A DNA stretch of 45,451 bases from Actinomycetota bacterium (GTDB lineage: Bacteria > Actinomycetota > UBA4738 > CALAEC01). Below are positions 26,602 to 35,557 of this stretch, one piece after another. The notes below the pieces were generated by a model. That model was not told the origin of the DNA, did no database searches, and worked only from the letters and a program-made list of their open reading frames with translations. Made by a program: the position numbers and the translations under genes. Each line of letters begins with the position of its first letter. Within the stretch, counting starts at the first letter, position 1. The DNA is taken from assembly GCA_035513995.1 (NCBI GenBank), contig DATKBL010000047.1:1-45451 (forward strand), in the 5' to 3' direction.

Positions 26602-27423
26602 TCAGGAGGCGGCCCGCTTCTTCGCCGTCCGCTTCTTGGCGGGCTTCTTCTCCGCCTTCGTGGCCTCCACGCTCTTCTTCAGCGCATCCATGAGGTCCAC
26701 GACCTTCTCGGGTTCCCCCTCCTCGGCGATGACCTCGATCTCCTCGCCGGCCACCTTCTTCTCCACGATCCCGAGGAGCGCCTCGCGGTACTCGTCGGCG
26801 TACTGCTCGGGGTTCCAGGTCTCGGTGAGGTTCTCGATGAGCGAGCGCGCCATCTGGACCTCCTTGGGGCGCACCTCGGCTTGCGCGTCGAGCTCCTCGA
26901 ACTCCCGTGCCCGGATCTCGTCGGGCCAGTACATCGTGTCGAGGACGATCACATCGTCCATGAGGCGGAGGGCGGCAAGATGCTCCTTGTCCCGGAACGA
27001 CACCTTGGCGATGCCCACCTTGTCGTCCTCGCGGAGCGCCTCGCGCATCAGTTGGTAGGCCTTGATCCCGGTCTCCTCGGGGACGAGGTAGTAGGTCTTC
27101 TTGAAGTAGACGGGATCGATCTCCTCGATGTCCACGAACTGGGTGATGTCGATCGCGCGCGTGGACCGCACGGGGACCTGATCGATCTCGTCGTCGGTCA
27201 GCACGACGTAGCGGTCCTTCTCGTACTCGTAGCCCTTCACGATGTTCTCGAAGGCGACCTCCTTGCCGCACTTCGCGCAGACCCGCTGGTACTTGATCCG
27301 CCCGTGATCCTCGTCGTGCAGCTGGTTGAAGCGGAGCGTCTTCTCCTCGGTCGCCGGGAACACCCGCACGGGGATCGACACGAGGCCGAAGGAGATGGCC
27401 CCCTTCCACATGGTCCTCGGCAT
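26602..27423 (-). CDS. ku: non-homologous end-joining protein Ku
   Basis: MPRTMWKGAISFGLVSIPVRVFPAT N-terminus, YYLVPE core and a Lys-rich C-terminal tail (KAEKKPAKKRTAKKR) are typical bacterial Ku. SD GGGAGGG 5 nt upstream of ATG 27423. Confidence 0.92.
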   Translation of the reverse strand: MPRTMWKGAISFGLVSIPVRVFPATEEKTLRFNQLHDEDHGRIKYQRVCAKCGKEVAFENIVKGYEYEKDRYVVLTDDEIDQVPVRSTRAIDITQFVDIEEIDPVYFKKTYYLVPEETGIKAYQLMREALREDDKVGIAKVSFRDKEHLAALRLMDDVIVLDTMYWPDEIRAREFEELDAQAEVRPKEVQMARSLIENLTETWNPEQYADEYREALLGIVEKKVAGEEIEVIAEEGEPEKVVDLMDALKKSVEATKAEKKPAKKRTAKKRAAS

Positions 27424-27511
27424 CACGACCCTCCCTTCGGGCTCCTGGTCGTCGGTTCGCAGGCCCGGGTCAGAAGGATACCCGGCGGGCACCGGGATGG
27501 CGGCGAGCGCC

Positions 27512-27517
27512 TACCAT
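27512..27517 (+). promoter_or_regulatory. -10-like hexamer TACCAT, 8 nt upstream of the ligD ATG
   Basis: TANNNT. No SD before ATG 27526. Confidence 0.3.
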
Positions 27518-27525
27518 CGGGGGCC

Positions 27526-30006
27526 ATGGCCAAGAGGGGAGGTGCGCCGTTCACCGTGGAGATGCCGCGAGCGCTCCCCGCCGAGCGCGAGGGCGACCAC
27601 TGGTGGGTCGAGGCCGCGGGCCGGCGGGTGCGCCTCTCGAACCTCCCCAAGGTGTTCTGGCCGGAGGAGGGCTACACGAAGGGCGACCTCCTCGCCTACT
27701 ACTGGAACGTCGCCGACACCATCCTCCCCTACCTGCACCAGCGACCGCTCACGATGCGGCGGATGCCCGATGGCGTCGAGGGTGGGGAGTTCTACGAGAA
27801 GAACGCGCCGAGCCACACCCCCGACTGGATGCCCCGCTGCCCCGTGATCGACGAGGATGGCTCGAAGTCGATCGACTATCTGATGGTCGAGGACGAGGCC
27901 GGCCTCCTCTTCGTCGCGAACCTCGGCGCGATCGAGTTCCACCCCCTCCACTCGCGGTGCGCGAGCGTCGAGCAGCCCGACTACCTCTTCTTCGACCTCG
28001 ACCCGTTCCCGCCGATCACGTTCGGCGACGTGCGCGCGGTGGCCCGGCACGTGCGCGCGGCGCTCGACTGGCTGGGGCTGCCCTCCTACCCGAAGACGTC
28101 CGGCGCCACGGGGATGCAGATCTACGTGCCGATCGAGCCCGGCCCGACCTACGATCAGGTGCGGGCGTTCGTGGGCGCCGTGGGCCGCCTGATCCTCAAG
28201 GCCGACCCCGAGCGCGTAACCATGGAGTGGGAGATCTCGAAGCGCTCCGGGAAGGTCTTCATCGATCACAACATGAACCGGCGCGGAGCGAACATCGCGG
28301 CCGCGTACTCGGTCCGCCCGGAGGCCCGGGCCAGCGTCTCGGCGCCGGTGACGTGGGACGAGGTCGAGGAGGAGATCGAGCCTGGCGACTTCACGATCGT
28401 GACGATCCACGAAAGGCTGGCAAGCGTCGGTGACCCATTCGGCGGGGTGCTGGACGCGCCCGTCGACCTGCGGCCGGCGCTCGAGGCCCTGGGGATCGAC
28501 CCCGAGAGCCCCGAGCGGCCTCGGCCAGCAGTCGCGGGAGACGACAAGGCTGGGAGCGAGAAACCTCCAGACGACGGGGAGGCCGCCGCCCGCCTGGCCC
28601 GGTACGGGGAGATGCGCGACTTCGCGGAGACGCCCGAGCCGCCGCCCGGGCCCGGCGGTGGCGACGGCCGCTCCTTCGTGATCCAGAAGCACGACGCCAC
28701 CCGGCTCCACTACGACCTCCGTCTCGAGCAGGACGGGGTCCTGGTCTCGTGGGCGGTGCCCCGAGGCCTTCCCACGAAGCCGGGCGACCGGCGACTGGCC
28801 GTCCACACCGAGGACCACCCGCTCGACTACGGCGGGTTCCAGGGATGGATCCCGGAGGGGCACTACGGGGCCGGCGAGGTCCGCATCTACGACCGCGGTA
28901 CCTACGAGCCGGTGGAGTGGACCGACGAGAAGGTGTCGTTCCGGCTGCACGGCACGCGGCACCGGGGCGAGTACCACCTGGTGAAGACCGACCGCGACTG
29001 GCTGATCTTCCTGGGCAAGGACTCCACCGAGCCGCAGCCTCAGCCCCCGCCGGCGTTCGAGCCGATGCTGGCCGATCCGGGCTATGAGCCCTTCGACGAT
29101 CCCGGATGGCGCTTCGAGCCGAAGCTCGACGGCGTCCGCACCCTCGCCTACGTCACCACCGACGCCACGCGGCTCCTCTCGAGGAAGGGTCGGGACCAGA
29201 CGGCCCAGTACCCGGAGCTCGAGCGCCTGGCCCGGTGGACGAACGCGCTGTGGGCGGTCATCGACGGCGAGATCGTCGCGGTCGACGAGCAGGGGCGACC
29301 CTCGTTCGAGCGGCTGCAGCAGCGGATCAACCTCTCCTCGCCCGCCGAGATCGAGCGGGCCCGGCGCCGCATCCCGGTGAGGATGTACGCGTTCGACCTG
29401 CTCTGGCTCGACGAGCGCGACCTGACCCCCGAGCCCGTGGAGGAGCGTCGCCGCCTCCTCGAGGGGATCGTCACCGAGTCTGACCGCCTCGGGCTCACGC
29501 TGTACCTCGACGGAGAGGGGATGCGCCTGTTCGACGCGGCCAAGGGCCTCGGGTACGAGGGCGTCGTGGCCAAGAAGCTCGGCAGCCGCTACCTGCCCGG
29601 CCGCAGGTCGAAGGACTGGCGCAAGGTGAAGGCGGTGAGGCGACAGGACTGCGTGGTCCTCGGCTGGACCCACGGCGAGGGCTCACGGGCCTCGTCGTTC
29701 GGCGCGCTGCTGCTCGGGGCCTACATGGGGGACGACCTCCGCTGGGTCGGCCAGGTCGGCAGCGGCTTCACCGAGGAGCTGACCGCCCACGTCCTCGAGC
29801 GGCTGCGCGAGCTGGAGGTCGAAGAGCCGCCGATCGACGATCCGGAGCTCGCCGCCGTGAAGGGCGCCCGGTGGGTGCGCCCCGAGCTCGTGTGCGACGT
29901 CGAGTACCTCCATATGACCAAGGCCGAGAAGCTCCGAGCGCCGTCGTTCAAGGGCCTCCGCCCCGACAAGGCGCCCCAGGACAGCGTCCTCGAGGAGCAC
30001 CCGTGA
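27526..30006 (+). CDS. ligD: multifunctional NHEJ ligase LigD (polymerase/primase - 3-prime phosphoesterase - ATP-dependent ligase)
   Basis: Real start at the internal ATG 27526 of a 1394-aa ORF. Pol domain (about 27526-28450: LSNLPKVFWPEEGYTKGDL...GAIEFHP...KTSGATGMQIYVP). PE domain (about 28620-29050: FVIQKHDATRLHYDLRLE...HTEDHPLDY). Ligase domain (from about 29056) with adenylation motif EPKLDGVR (Lys codon 29122-29124). Confidence 0.93.
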   Translation: MAKRGGAPFTVEMPRALPAEREGDHWWVEAAGRRVRLSNLPKVFWPEEGYTKGDLLAYYWNVADTILPYLHQRPLTMRRMPDGVEGGEFYEKNAPSHTPDWMPRCPVIDEDGSKSIDYLMVEDEAGLLFVANLGAIEFHPLHSRCASVEQPDYLFFDLDPFPPITFGDVRAVARHVRAALDWLGLPSYPKTSGATGMQIYVPIEPGPTYDQVRAFVGAVGRLILKADPERVTMEWEISKRSGKVFIDHNMNRRGANIAAAYSVRPEARASVSAPVTWDEVEEEIEPGDFTIVTIHERLASVGDPFGGVLDAPVDLRPALEALGIDPESPERPRPAVAGDDKAGSEKPPDDGEAAARLARYGEMRDFAETPEPPPGPGGGDGRSFVIQKHDATRLHYDLRLEQDGVLVSWAVPRGLPTKPGDRRLAVHTEDHPLDYGGFQGWIPEGHYGAGEVRIYDRGTYEPVEWTDEKVSFRLHGTRHRGEYHLVKTDRDWLIFLGKDSTEPQPQPPPAFEPMLADPGYEPFDDPGWRFEPKLDGVRTLAYVTTDATRLLSRKGRDQTAQYPELERLARWTNALWAVIDGEIVAVDEQGRPSFERLQQRINLSSPAEIERARRRIPVRMYAFDLLWLDERDLTPEPVEERRRLLEGIVTESDRLGLTLYLDGEGMRLFDAAKGLGYEGVVAKKLGSRYLPGRRSKDWRKVKAVRRQDCVVLGWTHGEGSRASSFGALLLGAYMGDDLRWVGQVGSGFTEELTAHVLERLRELEVEEPPIDDPELAAVKGARWVRPELVCDVEYLHMTKAEKLRAPSFKGLRPDKAPQDSVLEEHP

Positions 30007-30482
30007 GCCTCCTCGACCGTCTCAACCGGTACCGCTTCCGCGCGGTCTGGCGCGTGCCCGCCCCGCCCGGCGACGTGCTCGACGCGCTGCACGAGCTCGA
30101 CGCCTGGACGCGGTGGTGGCCCGAGATCCGGGAGAGCCACCGAGTGGACGACGACCGGGCGATCGTGCGGGTCCGCTCGGCGCTCCCCTACGACCTGCAC
30201 TTGCTGCTCGTCCGGCGGCGCGACACGCCGACGGTCCTCGAGGCGGCGATCGAAGGGGACCTCCGCGGCATCGCGCGCTTCCGGCTCCACTCCGACGGAT
30301 CGGGCTCGACGCGGATGCTGTTCGAGCAGGAGGTCGAGGCGAGGAAGACGATGATGCGAGCGCTCGCGCCGGTGGCCCGGCCGGTATTCCGCTGGAATCA
30401 CGCGAGGATGATGCGCTCCGGGGAGCAGGGCCTCGCCCGGTTCGTCGCCGCCCCTACCGGAACGGATCGAAGCCGGCCTTGA
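30003..30482 (+). CDS. SRPBCC (START/polyketide-cyclase-like) superfamily protein, 159 aa
   Basis: GTG start overlapping the ligD stop (GTGA). RFRAVWRVPAPPGDVLDALHELDAWTRWWPEI fits the Polyketide_cyc2/SRPBCC N-terminal pattern. Confidence 0.55.
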   Translation: MSLLDRLNRYRFRAVWRVPAPPGDVLDALHELDAWTRWWPEIRESHRVDDDRAIVRVRSALPYDLHLLLVRRRDTPTVLEAAIEGDLRGIARFRLHSDGSGSTRMLFEQEVEARKTMMRALAPVARPVFRWNHARMMRSGEQGLARFVAAPTGTDRSRP

Positions 30483-30957
30483 CGAGCAGGGCCCGGGCCT
30501 CCCGCTCATCGATCCCGCGTCCGACGAGCTCGCGCAGCAAGCGCGCGGGGGCCATCGACCGGCCGCACTTCGGGCAGAACGAGAAGTGGGGCTCGACCGG
30601 GGTGTCGCACCAGGCGCACGACAGCAGGGTCACCTCGGAGCCCGTCTCCTGCAGCCCGGCGTCGGCCAGCGCGTCCACGTACCCCTTGCCGTAGTCCCAG
30701 AGGACGTAGTCCTCCTCGTGCGGGTCGAACGCCGGCTCGTGCATCCGCGGCTCGCCCGTGGCCAGCATGTGCTGGAGCGACTCGAGGAGGAGGTCCCACG
30801 CGTAGAAGTGGTCGGCCTGGCACTCGGGGCAAGCGATCACCACGCCCCGCATCCCCTGGGCCTCGAAGGCCGTTCGCATGGCCGAGAGGTCCTCGAGGTC
30901 GGCCTCGACGTTGCGCCGCTCGTCCGGGTCCAGGGGGCGTTCTTCCTCGTCCGCCAT
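30454..30957 (-). CDS. conserved-looking acidic protein with two CxxC pairs (zinc ribbon), 167 aa
   Basis: ACPECQADH ... CAWCDTP...FCPKCG. The ATG lies 3 nt after the PIG-L stop. The 3-prime end overlaps the SRPBCC gene by 29 nt. Confidence 0.6.
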   Translation of the reverse strand: MADEEERPLDPDERRNVEADLEDLSAMRTAFEAQGMRGVVIACPECQADHFYAWDLLLESLQHMLATGEPRMHEPAFDPHEEDYVLWDYGKGYVDALADAGLQETGSEVTLLSCAWCDTPVEPHFSFCPKCGRSMAPARLLRELVGRGIDEREARALLVKAGFDPFR

Positions 30958-30960
30958 CTC

Positions 30961-31665
30961 TCACACCTCGATCTCGAAGGCGCGGAACCGCTCCGCGTAC
31001 TCGTGCGACGCCCCGTCGGCCAGCTCGCCCGCCCACGTTCGGACCCGCCCATCCACGTCGAACTCACCCATGTTCTCCATCTGGCTCCGATGCGTCAGGA
31101 GGGCCTGGATCTTCAGGTCGATCGTCTCGCCGATGTCCACGACGTGCTCGCCCTGGTCCGAGGCGAGCCACACGCGCCGGAGCTTGAACGGCTCGAGCCC
31201 CTCGTCGAGGAGCTCCGGGAACTGCGGGCGGGTCGGCGCGTCGCAGGCGGCCACCGCCAGGACGGCCTCGCCGACGGCGCGGTGGTCCGGGTGGTTGATG
31301 TAGCTGCGTCCGCTCCACAGCTCCGAGGGGTCGAAGGAGACCAGCACGTCGGGGCGCGCGCGACGCACCTCGCGCGTGAGCGAGCGGCGGAGGTCGAGCG
31401 AGGGCTCGAGCGTCCCGTCCGCGTACCCGAGGAAGCGCACCTCGCGCACGCCGAGGAGGTCGGCGACCTCGCGCATCTCCTCCTCGCGGCGCGCGGCGAT
31501 CTCCTGGCGCGAGAGGCCGGGCGCGTTCCAGCCGGCCGACCCGTCGGTCGCGCAGACGTAGGTGACCTCCACTCCCTGCTTCGCCCAGAGCGCGACCGTG
31601 CCCCCGCAGAGGAACTCGGCGTCGTCCGGGTGGGCGAAGGCCACGAGCGCTCTCTCGATCTCCAC
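30961..31665 (-). CDS. PIG-L/LmbE family N-acetylglucosaminyl deacetylase (MshB/Mca-like)
   Basis: LVAFAHPDDAEFLCGGTV and HPDHRAVG metal-binding motifs of the PIG-L family. GTG start 4 nt after the upstream stop. Confidence 0.8.
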   Translation of the reverse strand: MEIERALVAFAHPDDAEFLCGGTVALWAKQGVEVTYVCATDGSAGWNAPGLSRQEIAARREEEMREVADLLGVREVRFLGYADGTLEPSLDLRRSLTREVRRARPDVLVSFDPSELWSGRSYINHPDHRAVGEAVLAVAACDAPTRPQFPELLDEGLEPFKLRRVWLASDQGEHVVDIGETIDLKIQALLTHRSQMENMGEFDVDGRVRTWAGELADGASHEYAERFRAFEIEV

Positions 31666-31669
31666 GCGG

Positions 31670-32023
31670 TCAGCGTAGCGTGAGGGGGGGCTCAGGGGGC
31701 TCGGCGGCCAGGAGCGAGATGTCGCGAAGACGCTCCTCCGCCGCGTCCATCTGCGCGGAGACCCAGGCCGCGTCCCGCGGGCCGCGCGCGTCGTCCCTGG
31801 GGAACAAGAACGTGTTGAGGTGCTCGTCGGAGCCGACCTGGAGGCCGTGCGCCGCCATCAGCTCGCCGATCGCGATCTCCCAGCTGAAGAGCACGCTCCC
31901 GTTGCCGGCGTCCTGCACGTAGTGCGTCAGGTACGACGTCGCCCGGTGCTCCCAGGTGTCGCCGCTCCTCGCCCGCCGGGAGAAGGCGAAGCCCAGGTCG
32001 CGCAGCGCGTCCTCGAACGACAC
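31670..32023 (-). CDS. hypothetical protein (117 aa)
   Basis: GTG start inside the 31670..32377 ORF. Strong third-position GC bias. No recognisable motif. 23 nt downstream of rmuC. Confidence 0.45.
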   Translation of the reverse strand: MSFEDALRDLGFAFSRRARSGDTWEHRATSYLTHYVQDAGNGSVLFSWEIAIGELMAAHGLQVGSDEHLNTFLFPRDDARGPRDAAWVSAQMDAAEERLRDISLLAAEPPEPPLTLR

Positions 32024-32046
32024 GCCCCGCAGGATACAGCCGGGGC

Positions 32047-33030
32047 CTACTCCACCGCCTCGAGCGGCCGGGGGCCGTCCTCGGGGAGCGCCACGGTCCC
32101 GCGTCCCCTGGCCACCGCGCCCCGGGCCCGGCCCAGGCCGGTCCGCCACTCGTCGGCCGCGTTCTGGAGCATCGTGGTAGCCCGCGCCACGCGGTTCTCC
32201 AGTGTCTGCTCCATCCCTTCCAGGACCCCCTCGAGCTCGGCGAGGCAGGAGTCGACGTCCCCGCTCTGCCCGTAGCGCGAACCCAGCGCGTACAGGGAGA
32301 GGAGCACGGGCAGCGCCGCCGAGTAGCCGACGATGACCACCCCGTGCCGGAAGGCGACCGCATGCGCCTTCCGGCACGCCGCGTAGGCCGCGTCGGGGAC
32401 GCAGGCGACGGCGAAGGGGGTGGTCAGCGACGGCTCGAGGTACGACGCGACCTCGCGCGCCCGCTTCGCCACCTCGTCCTCGAGCCGTCGCGCGATCGGC
32501 TCCCGCGCGACGGGGTCGTCCTCGGCCTCGAGGGCCTCGACCTCACGCACGGCCGCCCACTTCGAGTCCACGGGCAGTCGCCGCCCGTCCGGCAGGACGA
32601 GCGCGAACTCCACGCGCTTCCCGTTGACGGGGAAGTCGCGAACCACCATCTGCGCCGGCAGGCACGAGAGCGCCTCCTCGAGGACATTCTCGCCGGCCCG
32701 GCCCCTGGTCGAGCCCCCCAGCAGCATCGACTCGAGCCGCCGGAGAGCGTCCCAGGTCTGCTCGTCGGCCTGCCGCCGGGCGTCGGCGTGGGTCCGCATC
32801 TCCTCGACGGTCGTCTTCGTGGCCTCCAGCGACCTGCGCAGCTCCTGGTCGTCGACGGTCTGCCGCCCCAGCGCGTCGGTCAGCCGGTCGAGCCGGCTCG
32901 ACTGCGCCTCGAGCAGGGCGGAGACACGCGTGTCGGCTTCGGGCTGCGCCGGCCTCCGCACGGCGATCGCCACGGCCGCCACGGCCGCCCCGAGGGCGGC
33001 GAACAGCACGATCAGCTCCGTTCCGGTCAT
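32047..33030 (-). CDS. rmuC: DNA recombination protein RmuC homologue (short form, N-terminal TM anchor)
   Basis: N-terminal TM helix, then coiled-coil, then VEFALVLPDGRRLPVDSKW and PFAVACVPDAAY, resembling the RmuC nuclease-like core. SD GAGGAGG before the ATG. Confidence 0.65.
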   Translation of the reverse strand: MTGTELIVLFAALGAAVAAVAIAVRRPAQPEADTRVSALLEAQSSRLDRLTDALGRQTVDDQELRRSLEATKTTVEEMRTHADARRQADEQTWDALRRLESMLLGGSTRGRAGENVLEEALSCLPAQMVVRDFPVNGKRVEFALVLPDGRRLPVDSKWAAVREVEALEAEDDPVAREPIARRLEDEVAKRAREVASYLEPSLTTPFAVACVPDAAYAACRKAHAVAFRHGVVIVGYSAALPVLLSLYALGSRYGQSGDVDSCLAELEGVLEGMEQTLENRVARATTMLQNAADEWRTGLGRARGAVARGRGTVALPEDGPRPLEAVE

Positions 33031-33084
33031 CGCGACCTCCTCTCCCGTCCCACTCTAGGGAGGGGGTCTGACACGAACGGCGGG

Positions 33085-34011
33085 TCAGCCGATGCCGGTG
33101 ATGCGGCGGAGGGGCGATCGGCCCGGCTCGTAGGCGCGGGGCCGGTCGCCGAACAGCTCGTCCACGCGCTCGGCGAGCTCGGAGGGGTCCCACCGGGCGC
33201 CCTTGTCGAGCTCGGCGACCGGGGTCCAGCTCTGGTACAGCTCGACCAGCCCGCCGGTGATCCCGAAGACCTGGCCGGTGATGCCGGCAGCGGCGTCCGA
33301 GCAGAGGAACGCCACGAGCGGCGCCACGTTGCCGGGGTCGAGCGGGTCGAAGTCTCCCTCCACCTGGAGGTCGCCGAAGGTCTTCTCAGTCATCCGCGTC
33401 CGGGCGCCGGGGGCGATCGCGTTCACGCCCACTCCGTGGCTCCGCATCTCCATCGAGACGATCTGCGTGAACGCAGCGATGCCCGCCTTCGCGGTGCCGT
33501 AGTTGGACTGCCCGACCATCCCCAGGAGGCCCGACGTGCTCGAGGTGTTGACGATGCGCCGGCCCGAGACGTCCTCGCCGCCCTTCGCCGCCTGGCGCCA
33601 CCGGCGGCACACCTCCGAGGTGCACAGGAACGTGCCGCGCAGGTGGACCTTGATCACCGCGTCCCACTCCTCGGGGGACATGTTGAAGCTCATCCGGTCG
33701 CGGAGGATGCCGGCGTTGTTCACCAGGCCGTCGATCCGCCCCCAGCGCGAGACGGCGGTCGCGACGAGGCTCCGGGCCCCCTCGGGCTCGGAGATGTCCT
33801 CGAAGTGCGCGGCGGCCTCCCCGCCGGCCGACTCGATCTCGCCAGCGACCTCGGTCGCTACGCGGGTGTCCTCGCCCGTGCCGTCCCACTCTCCGCCGAG
33901 GTCGTTCACGACCACCCGCGCCCCCTCGCGCGCGAGCAGCAGCGCCTCCTCGCGTCCGATCCCGCGACCGGCGCCGGTGACGGCGATCACCCTCCCGTCG
34001 AGCATCCCCAT
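33085..34011 (-). CDS. SDR family oxidoreductase (308 aa)
   Basis: VTGAGRGIGRE (TGxxxGxG), NNAGI and YGTAKAG (YxxxK) motifs. Internal ATG 34011 with SD AGGAGAG. Confidence 0.88.
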   Translation of the reverse strand: MGMLDGRVIAVTGAGRGIGREEALLLAREGARVVVNDLGGEWDGTGEDTRVATEVAGEIESAGGEAAAHFEDISEPEGARSLVATAVSRWGRIDGLVNNAGILRDRMSFNMSPEEWDAVIKVHLRGTFLCTSEVCRRWRQAAKGGEDVSGRRIVNTSSTSGLLGMVGQSNYGTAKAGIAAFTQIVSMEMRSHGVGVNAIAPGARTRMTEKTFGDLQVEGDFDPLDPGNVAPLVAFLCSDAAAGITGQVFGITGGLVELYQSWTPVAELDKGARWDPSELAERVDELFGDRPRAYEPGRSPLRRITGIG

Positions 34012-34117
34012 GCGTCTCTCCTGTGGATCCGGTCGCTCCACGATAGACGAACGCCTCGATGATCCGCGGCACGGTCGGATAGACTGCGGGCCCGTTCGCC
34101 CGCCGGAGGGGAGGATC

Positions 34118-35557
34118 GTGCTCGACATCGCGAAGGCGGCGGTCGAGGCCGCGCGCGGCGCGGGGGCGGGATACGCGGACGCGCGAGCGGCGCTCCGAGA
34201 GACCGAGTCGCTGACCGTCAAGAACCAGGAGATGGAGGGGGTGGACCGCTCCCGCTCGGCGGGTGTGGGGATCCGCGTGCTCGTGGACGGCTTCTGGGGC
34301 TTCGCCTCCACCGACCGACGGGCCCCCGAAGAGATCGAGCGCGCCGCTGCGCTCGCCGTCGAGATCGCGCGGGCGGCCCCGCGGCTCCCGAGGGAACCGG
34401 TGTCGCTCGCGGAGGTCGAGCCGGTGGTGGACACCTGGCAGACGGTCGCCACCGAGGACCCGTTCACGATCCCCCTCGACGAGAAAGTGTCGCTCGTGAT
34501 GGAGGCCTCCAGGCGGATGCAGGGCGTGCGCGGCGTGTCGTTCGCCGAGGCGAGCCTGGACTTCTTCCGACAGCGGACCGCCTTCGCCTCGTCCGAAGGG
34601 GCCGCGATCGAGCAGATCATCACGCACTCGGGCGGGGGCATCGAGGCCACCGCGATCTCCGGCGGCGAGCTCCAGCGCCGCTCGTTCCCCAACTCCTTCC
34701 GGGGGCACTTCTCCGCGGCAGGCTACGAGCACGTTCGGTCGCTGGGCCTGGTGGAGGAGGCCGAGCGCATCGGCGAGGAGGCGGTGGAACTGCTCGAGGC
34801 GCCCGACTGTCCCTCGACGGAGACCACCCTGATCCTCGACGCCTCCCAGATGGTGCTCCAGGTGCACGAGTCGGTCGGCCACCCGATCGAGCTCGACCGG
34901 GTGCTGGGGATGGAGGAGGCCTACGCGGGTACCTCCTTCCTGACGCCGGAGGACCGGGGCAGGCTCCGCTACGCCTCCGACGTGGTGACGATCTCGGCCG
35001 ACGCCACGATCCCGACGGGGATCGGCTCGTTCGGCTACGACGATGAGGGCGTGCCCTCGCAGCGGGTGCCCGTGATCGAGGAGGGGATCCTGCAGGGCTT
35101 CCTCTCAAGCCGCGAGACCGCCGCGGCGATCGGCGAGACGTCGAACGGCACGATGCGCGCCGACGGCTGGGAGCACCTCCCGCTGATCCGGATGACGAAC
35201 GTGAACCTGCACCCGGGGGAGGGCTCCCTGCCCGACCTGATCGGCGACACGAAGGACGGCATCTTCATGTCGACGAACAGCTCCTGGTCGATCGACGACA
35301 AGCGGGTCAACTTCCAGTTCGGCTGCGAGGCGGCCTGGCGGATCGAGAACGGCCGCCTCACCCAGCTGTACCGCAACCCCAACTACACGGGCATCACAAC
35401 GGAGTTCTGGGGCTCATGCGACGCGGTCTGCGGCAGCGAGGAGTGGACGATGTGGGGCACCCCGAACTGCGGGAAGGGCCAGCCCGGGCAGACGGCCCGC
35501 GTGGGGCACGGCACCTCGCCCGCCCGGTTCCGAGGGGTGAGGGTGGGGGTCCGCTGA
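34118..35557 (+). CDS. tldD: TldD family metalloprotease
   Basis: GTG start with GGAGGGGAGGA upstream. HESVGHPIE (HExxxH) motif. C-terminal GxC motifs (GSCDAVCG...PNCGKGQP) typical of TldD. Confidence 0.88.
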   Translation: MLDIAKAAVEAARGAGAGYADARAALRETESLTVKNQEMEGVDRSRSAGVGIRVLVDGFWGFASTDRRAPEEIERAAALAVEIARAAPRLPREPVSLAEVEPVVDTWQTVATEDPFTIPLDEKVSLVMEASRRMQGVRGVSFAEASLDFFRQRTAFASSEGAAIEQIITHSGGGIEATAISGGELQRRSFPNSFRGHFSAAGYEHVRSLGLVEEAERIGEEAVELLEAPDCPSTETTLILDASQMVLQVHESVGHPIELDRVLGMEEAYAGTSFLTPEDRGRLRYASDVVTISADATIPTGIGSFGYDDEGVPSQRVPVIEEGILQGFLSSRETAAAIGETSNGTMRADGWEHLPLIRMTNVNLHPGEGSLPDLIGDTKDGIFMSTNSSWSIDDKRVNFQFGCEAAWRIENGRLTQLYRNPNYTGITTEFWGSCDAVCGSEEWTMWGTPNCGKGQPGQTARVGHGTSPARFRGVRVGVR

